From assembly GCA_964633855.1 (NCBI GenBank), contig CAZWIN010000001.1, forward strand, positions 1 to 36,901: a stretch of 36,901 nt of DNA, in the 5' to 3' direction. The notes beneath the pieces were generated by a model. It searched no databases. It saw only the letters and a list, made by a program, of their open reading frames with translations, and was not told the origin of the DNA. The position numbers and the translations under genes are program-made. This document shows positions 35,058-36,901 of the stretch, one piece after another; position 1 is the first letter of the stretch; each line of letters opens with the position of its first letter. The DNA is from an uncultured Chitinophagales bacterium (lineage in GTDB: Bacteria; Bacteroidota; Ignavibacteria; UBA10030; UBA6906).

Positions 35058-36191
35058 TTATGTCGTTTTGACAATACGATTGGAGTGTGGGGCCCGGTTT
35101 CGATGTGCAGGCTGTACCCGTTCTGTTTTCACCGCAAGCTGGCCGCACGCTGCATCAATATCTTCACCTGCATTGCTGCGCACCATAACGGTAATGTGAT
35201 GATTGCGAAGCGTATCCACAATTTCCTCCAGCCGCGGCGATGGTTTCAAATCCCGGGCCGTTCCCGATGGGTTTACAAAGGCAATAGAATGAAACGGAAT
35301 GACATTGATCTTGCTTGGTACACGACGCGCAAATTTTATGAGTTGTTGTACGTCCTTCACAGAATCATTCACCCCGTCAAAAAAAATATACTCATACGTC
35401 ACCCGGACGTTCGTTTTCTCATAATAGTATCCAAGAGCATCCAGGAGGGTTTCCAGGTTGAATTTCCTGTTGATGGGCATCAGCATGGAGCGTGTTGTAT
35501 CGTTTGCACTGTGGAGCGAAACGGCGAGTTTTGCCTTGCACCGGTCATCAGCCATGCGGCGTATCTGGTCAGCCCAACCTGCCGTTGATATGGTAATTTT
35601 CTTCGCGGCTATTTTCATTCCCGCGGAAAGGATCTCCACGGACTTCATCACGTTGTCGTAATTCATCATGGGCTCGCCCATACCCATGAAGACCACATTC
35701 GTTATTTTCTTTCCCGAAAGGCGCTTGACCTGAAGTACCTGACCAACAATTTCACCTGCAGTAAGGTTGCGCTGGTATCCCATCGTGGCTGTGGCGCAAA
35801 ACTTGCAATCCAGCGGGCACCCCACCTGTGTCGAAATGCATACCGTAAGGCGTTTTTGTTCCTCTTCTTCGGCAGCCTCTGGGTCTGCAAAAGCCGAGGC
35901 CGGTGGAATCAACACACTCTCGATACGAAGCCCGTCTTCCAATTCAAAAAGGAACTTTGTGGTTCCATCGCGTTTGGAGTGCTGGCGGGTGACGCACATC
36001 GGCATGCTGATGTGCGCTGTTTCCTGCAAAAGTTCCCTGAACGATTTTCCGAGATCCGTCATTTCGGAAAAAGAGACGGCCCCTTTTGTATATAGCCATT
36101 GATATATCTGTTTGCCGCGGTACCGCGGTTCTCCAACAGTATCGGCAAAGAGCACAAGTTCCTTTTCTGTCAATCCCAGAAGGTTTTGCAT
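35058..36191 (-). CDS. rlmN: 23S rRNA/tRNA (adenine-C2)-methyltransferase RlmN
   Basis: RGKQIYQWLY N-terminal motif, radical-SAM CPLDCKFC, GMGEP, and conserved Cys near the C-terminus (DIDAACGQL). The ORF opens at TTG 36224, but ATG 36191 fits both the family N-terminus and the promoter. Confidence 0.92.
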   Translation of the reverse strand: MQNLLGLTEKELVLFADTVGEPRYRGKQIYQWLYTKGAVSFSEMTDLGKSFRELLQETAHISMPMCVTRQHSKRDGTTKFLFELEDGLRIESVLIPPASAFADPEAAEEEEQKRLTVCISTQVGCPLDCKFCATATMGYQRNLTAGEIVGQVLQVKRLSGKKITNVVFMGMGEPMMNYDNVMKSVEILSAGMKIAAKKITISTAGWADQIRRMADDRCKAKLAVSLHSANDTTRSMLMPINRKFNLETLLDALGYYYEKTNVRVTYEYIFFDGVNDSVKDVQQLIKFARRVPSKINVIPFHSIAFVNPSGTARDLKPSPRLEEIVDTLRNHHITVMVRSNAGEDIDAACGQLAVKTERVQPAHRNRAPHSNRIVKTT

Positions 36192-36199
36192 TGGGTTCA

Positions 36200-36228
36200 A
36201 ATCTACAAAAGTGGGTGGCTTCAATCAA
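36200..36228 (-). promoter_or_regulatory. candidate promoter of rlmN (TTGATT-17-TAGATT; also TAGATTTG -7 box), predicted leaderless
   Basis: On the minus strand: TTGATT (36228-36223), a 17-nt spacer, then TAGATT (36205-36200). TAGATTTG (36205-36198) also matches TAnnTTTG exactly. 6-8 nt remain before ATG 36191. Confidence 0.45.
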
Positions 36229-36255
36229 GCATTCCCATGGTAACCTGCTGATAAC

Positions 36256-36283
36256 AAAAAACCCCCGCAAGTACTGGCGGGGG
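36256..36283 (-). terminator. intrinsic terminator after the lipoprotein gene
   Basis: On the minus strand: stem cccccgc / gcggggg (36283-36277 and 36268-36262), an 8-nt loop, then U6 (36261-36256). Confidence 0.75.
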
Positions 36284-36312
36284 CCGTGTGCTTTTCCTGA
36301 CTTGAAGAGGTA

Positions 36313-36885
36313 TTAGATCTCCACATCAACCTGGTAAGAAATACGGGCACAGATTTGAGTCCCCTGAGGAACGGTGACGGTTGTACTGCCGTTGTTGACC
36401 ACTCTGATTGTCGTGGTCGCCGGCAAGCCGGTCGAATCCTGAAGTGCCGCCAACAACGCATTCACCGCAGGCATATTGAAGACCACCTGGCCCGGATTGG
36501 AAATTGCCGACTTCAGGGAAATGCCGTTTCCGCGCAGGCTGTCAAACGGAACATCGGTGAAGGTTAAGAGCGTGACAAGAGAGCCACCATCCAGTGCGTA
36601 CTGCACAGTTCCCGAACCTGTACCGGTTGCCGGTGGGTTGGGCATGTACACATTAATGTCATTGACGCGCGTCGCCTTGACATTATTAACATAGTCCGAA
36701 CTGACATTGGAGATCTCATCCCTGATGTTATAAGTATCGTCCTCGTTCCATGTGCTACCGACATTGATGTCCCCGCAGGCTTCCAGCGGAAGATTCAGCG
36801 CAATCAAAAATGGGTCCACTATTTCGCAAGCAGCCCATACCAGAACGAACCCGATCAATAAGAATTTTGCAGCGTGTAATTTCAT
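36313..36885 (-). CDS. hypothetical secreted protein / lipoprotein
   Basis: GGAG lies 8 nt upstream of the ATG. Signal peptide MKLHAAKFLLIGFVLVWAAC (possible lipobox). The mature part is beta-rich and Asn/Thr/Val-rich. No family recognised. Confidence 0.6.
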   Translation of the reverse strand: MKLHAAKFLLIGFVLVWAACEIVDPFLIALNLPLEACGDINVGSTWNEDDTYNIRDEISNVSSDYVNNVKATRVNDINVYMPNPPATGTGSGTVQYALDGGSLVTLLTFTDVPFDSLRGNGISLKSAISNPGQVVFNMPAVNALLAALQDSTGLPATTTIRVVNNGSTTVTVPQGTQICARISYQVDVEI

Positions 36886-36901
36886 ATGTAATCTCCTCTT
36901 A

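Noticed and set aside
35058-35130. Basic C-terminal extension of RlmN (..VKTERVQPAHRNRAPHSNRIVKTT).
   Set aside because: Short lineage-specific tails on RlmN are common, there is no motif, and the stop lies 6 nt from the next gene's start, which is consistent with normal operon packing.
1-36901. Looked for CRISPR arrays, tandem or long inverted repeats, IS/transposase, integrase, phage genes, toxin-antitoxin pairs and tRNA/rRNA genes.
   Set aside because: I could not recognise any by eye. Every large ORF has a plausible housekeeping or envelope function, and the gaps lack tRNA T-loop-like motifs. A tRNAscan/Infernal run would be needed for certainty.

Overview
This is a gene-dense 36.9-kb chromosomal segment in which I can support 34 protein-coding genes. 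By eye I found no rRNA, tRNA, CRISPR array, transposase, integrase, phage genes or large repeats. The content is mostly housekeeping for a diderm bacterium. The gene families and local synteny (S46 dipeptidyl-peptidase, miaB / sigma-54 activator / lptE string, SPOR protein, CarboxypepD_reg-type TonB-dependent receptor, MlaEFD) suggest an FCB-group organism (Bacteroidota/Ignavibacteriota-like); that is inference only. Gene order: rpsT (+) | TPR, processive GT2, lptE, sigma-54 EBP, SPOR, miaB (-) | pta (+) | DUF3298-like, metal ABC permease, metal ABC binding protein, OM beta-barrel, His/Cys-rich small protein (-) | S46 peptidase (+) | anmK (-) | nfo, DinB-like (+) | pdxH (-) | membrane protein, cho (+) | metallophosphoesterase, mlaD, mlaF, mlaE (-) | rhlE-like helicase, dihaem cytochrome c, TonB-dependent receptor, amrS-type radical SAM, GT2 (+) | GDPD, adk, M1 aminopeptidase, rlmN, lipoprotein (-). 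I see no clear defence island or mobile element. The best candidates for something undescribed are modest. (i) A metal-uptake-like five-gene cluster is headed by an apparently leaderless His/Cys-rich membrane-anchored protein and lacks an ABC ATPase. (ii) An orphan AmmeMemoRadiSam-type radical SAM gene is translationally coupled to a glycosyltransferase. (iii) The 3' end of the S46 peptidase gene carries a frame disruption, with the conserved tail still readable in the next frame. Several promoter-like motifs place the -10/-7 box only 6-16 nt from the ATG, which suggests leaderless or near-leaderless mRNAs. All product calls come from motif recognition by eye, and no database search was run.
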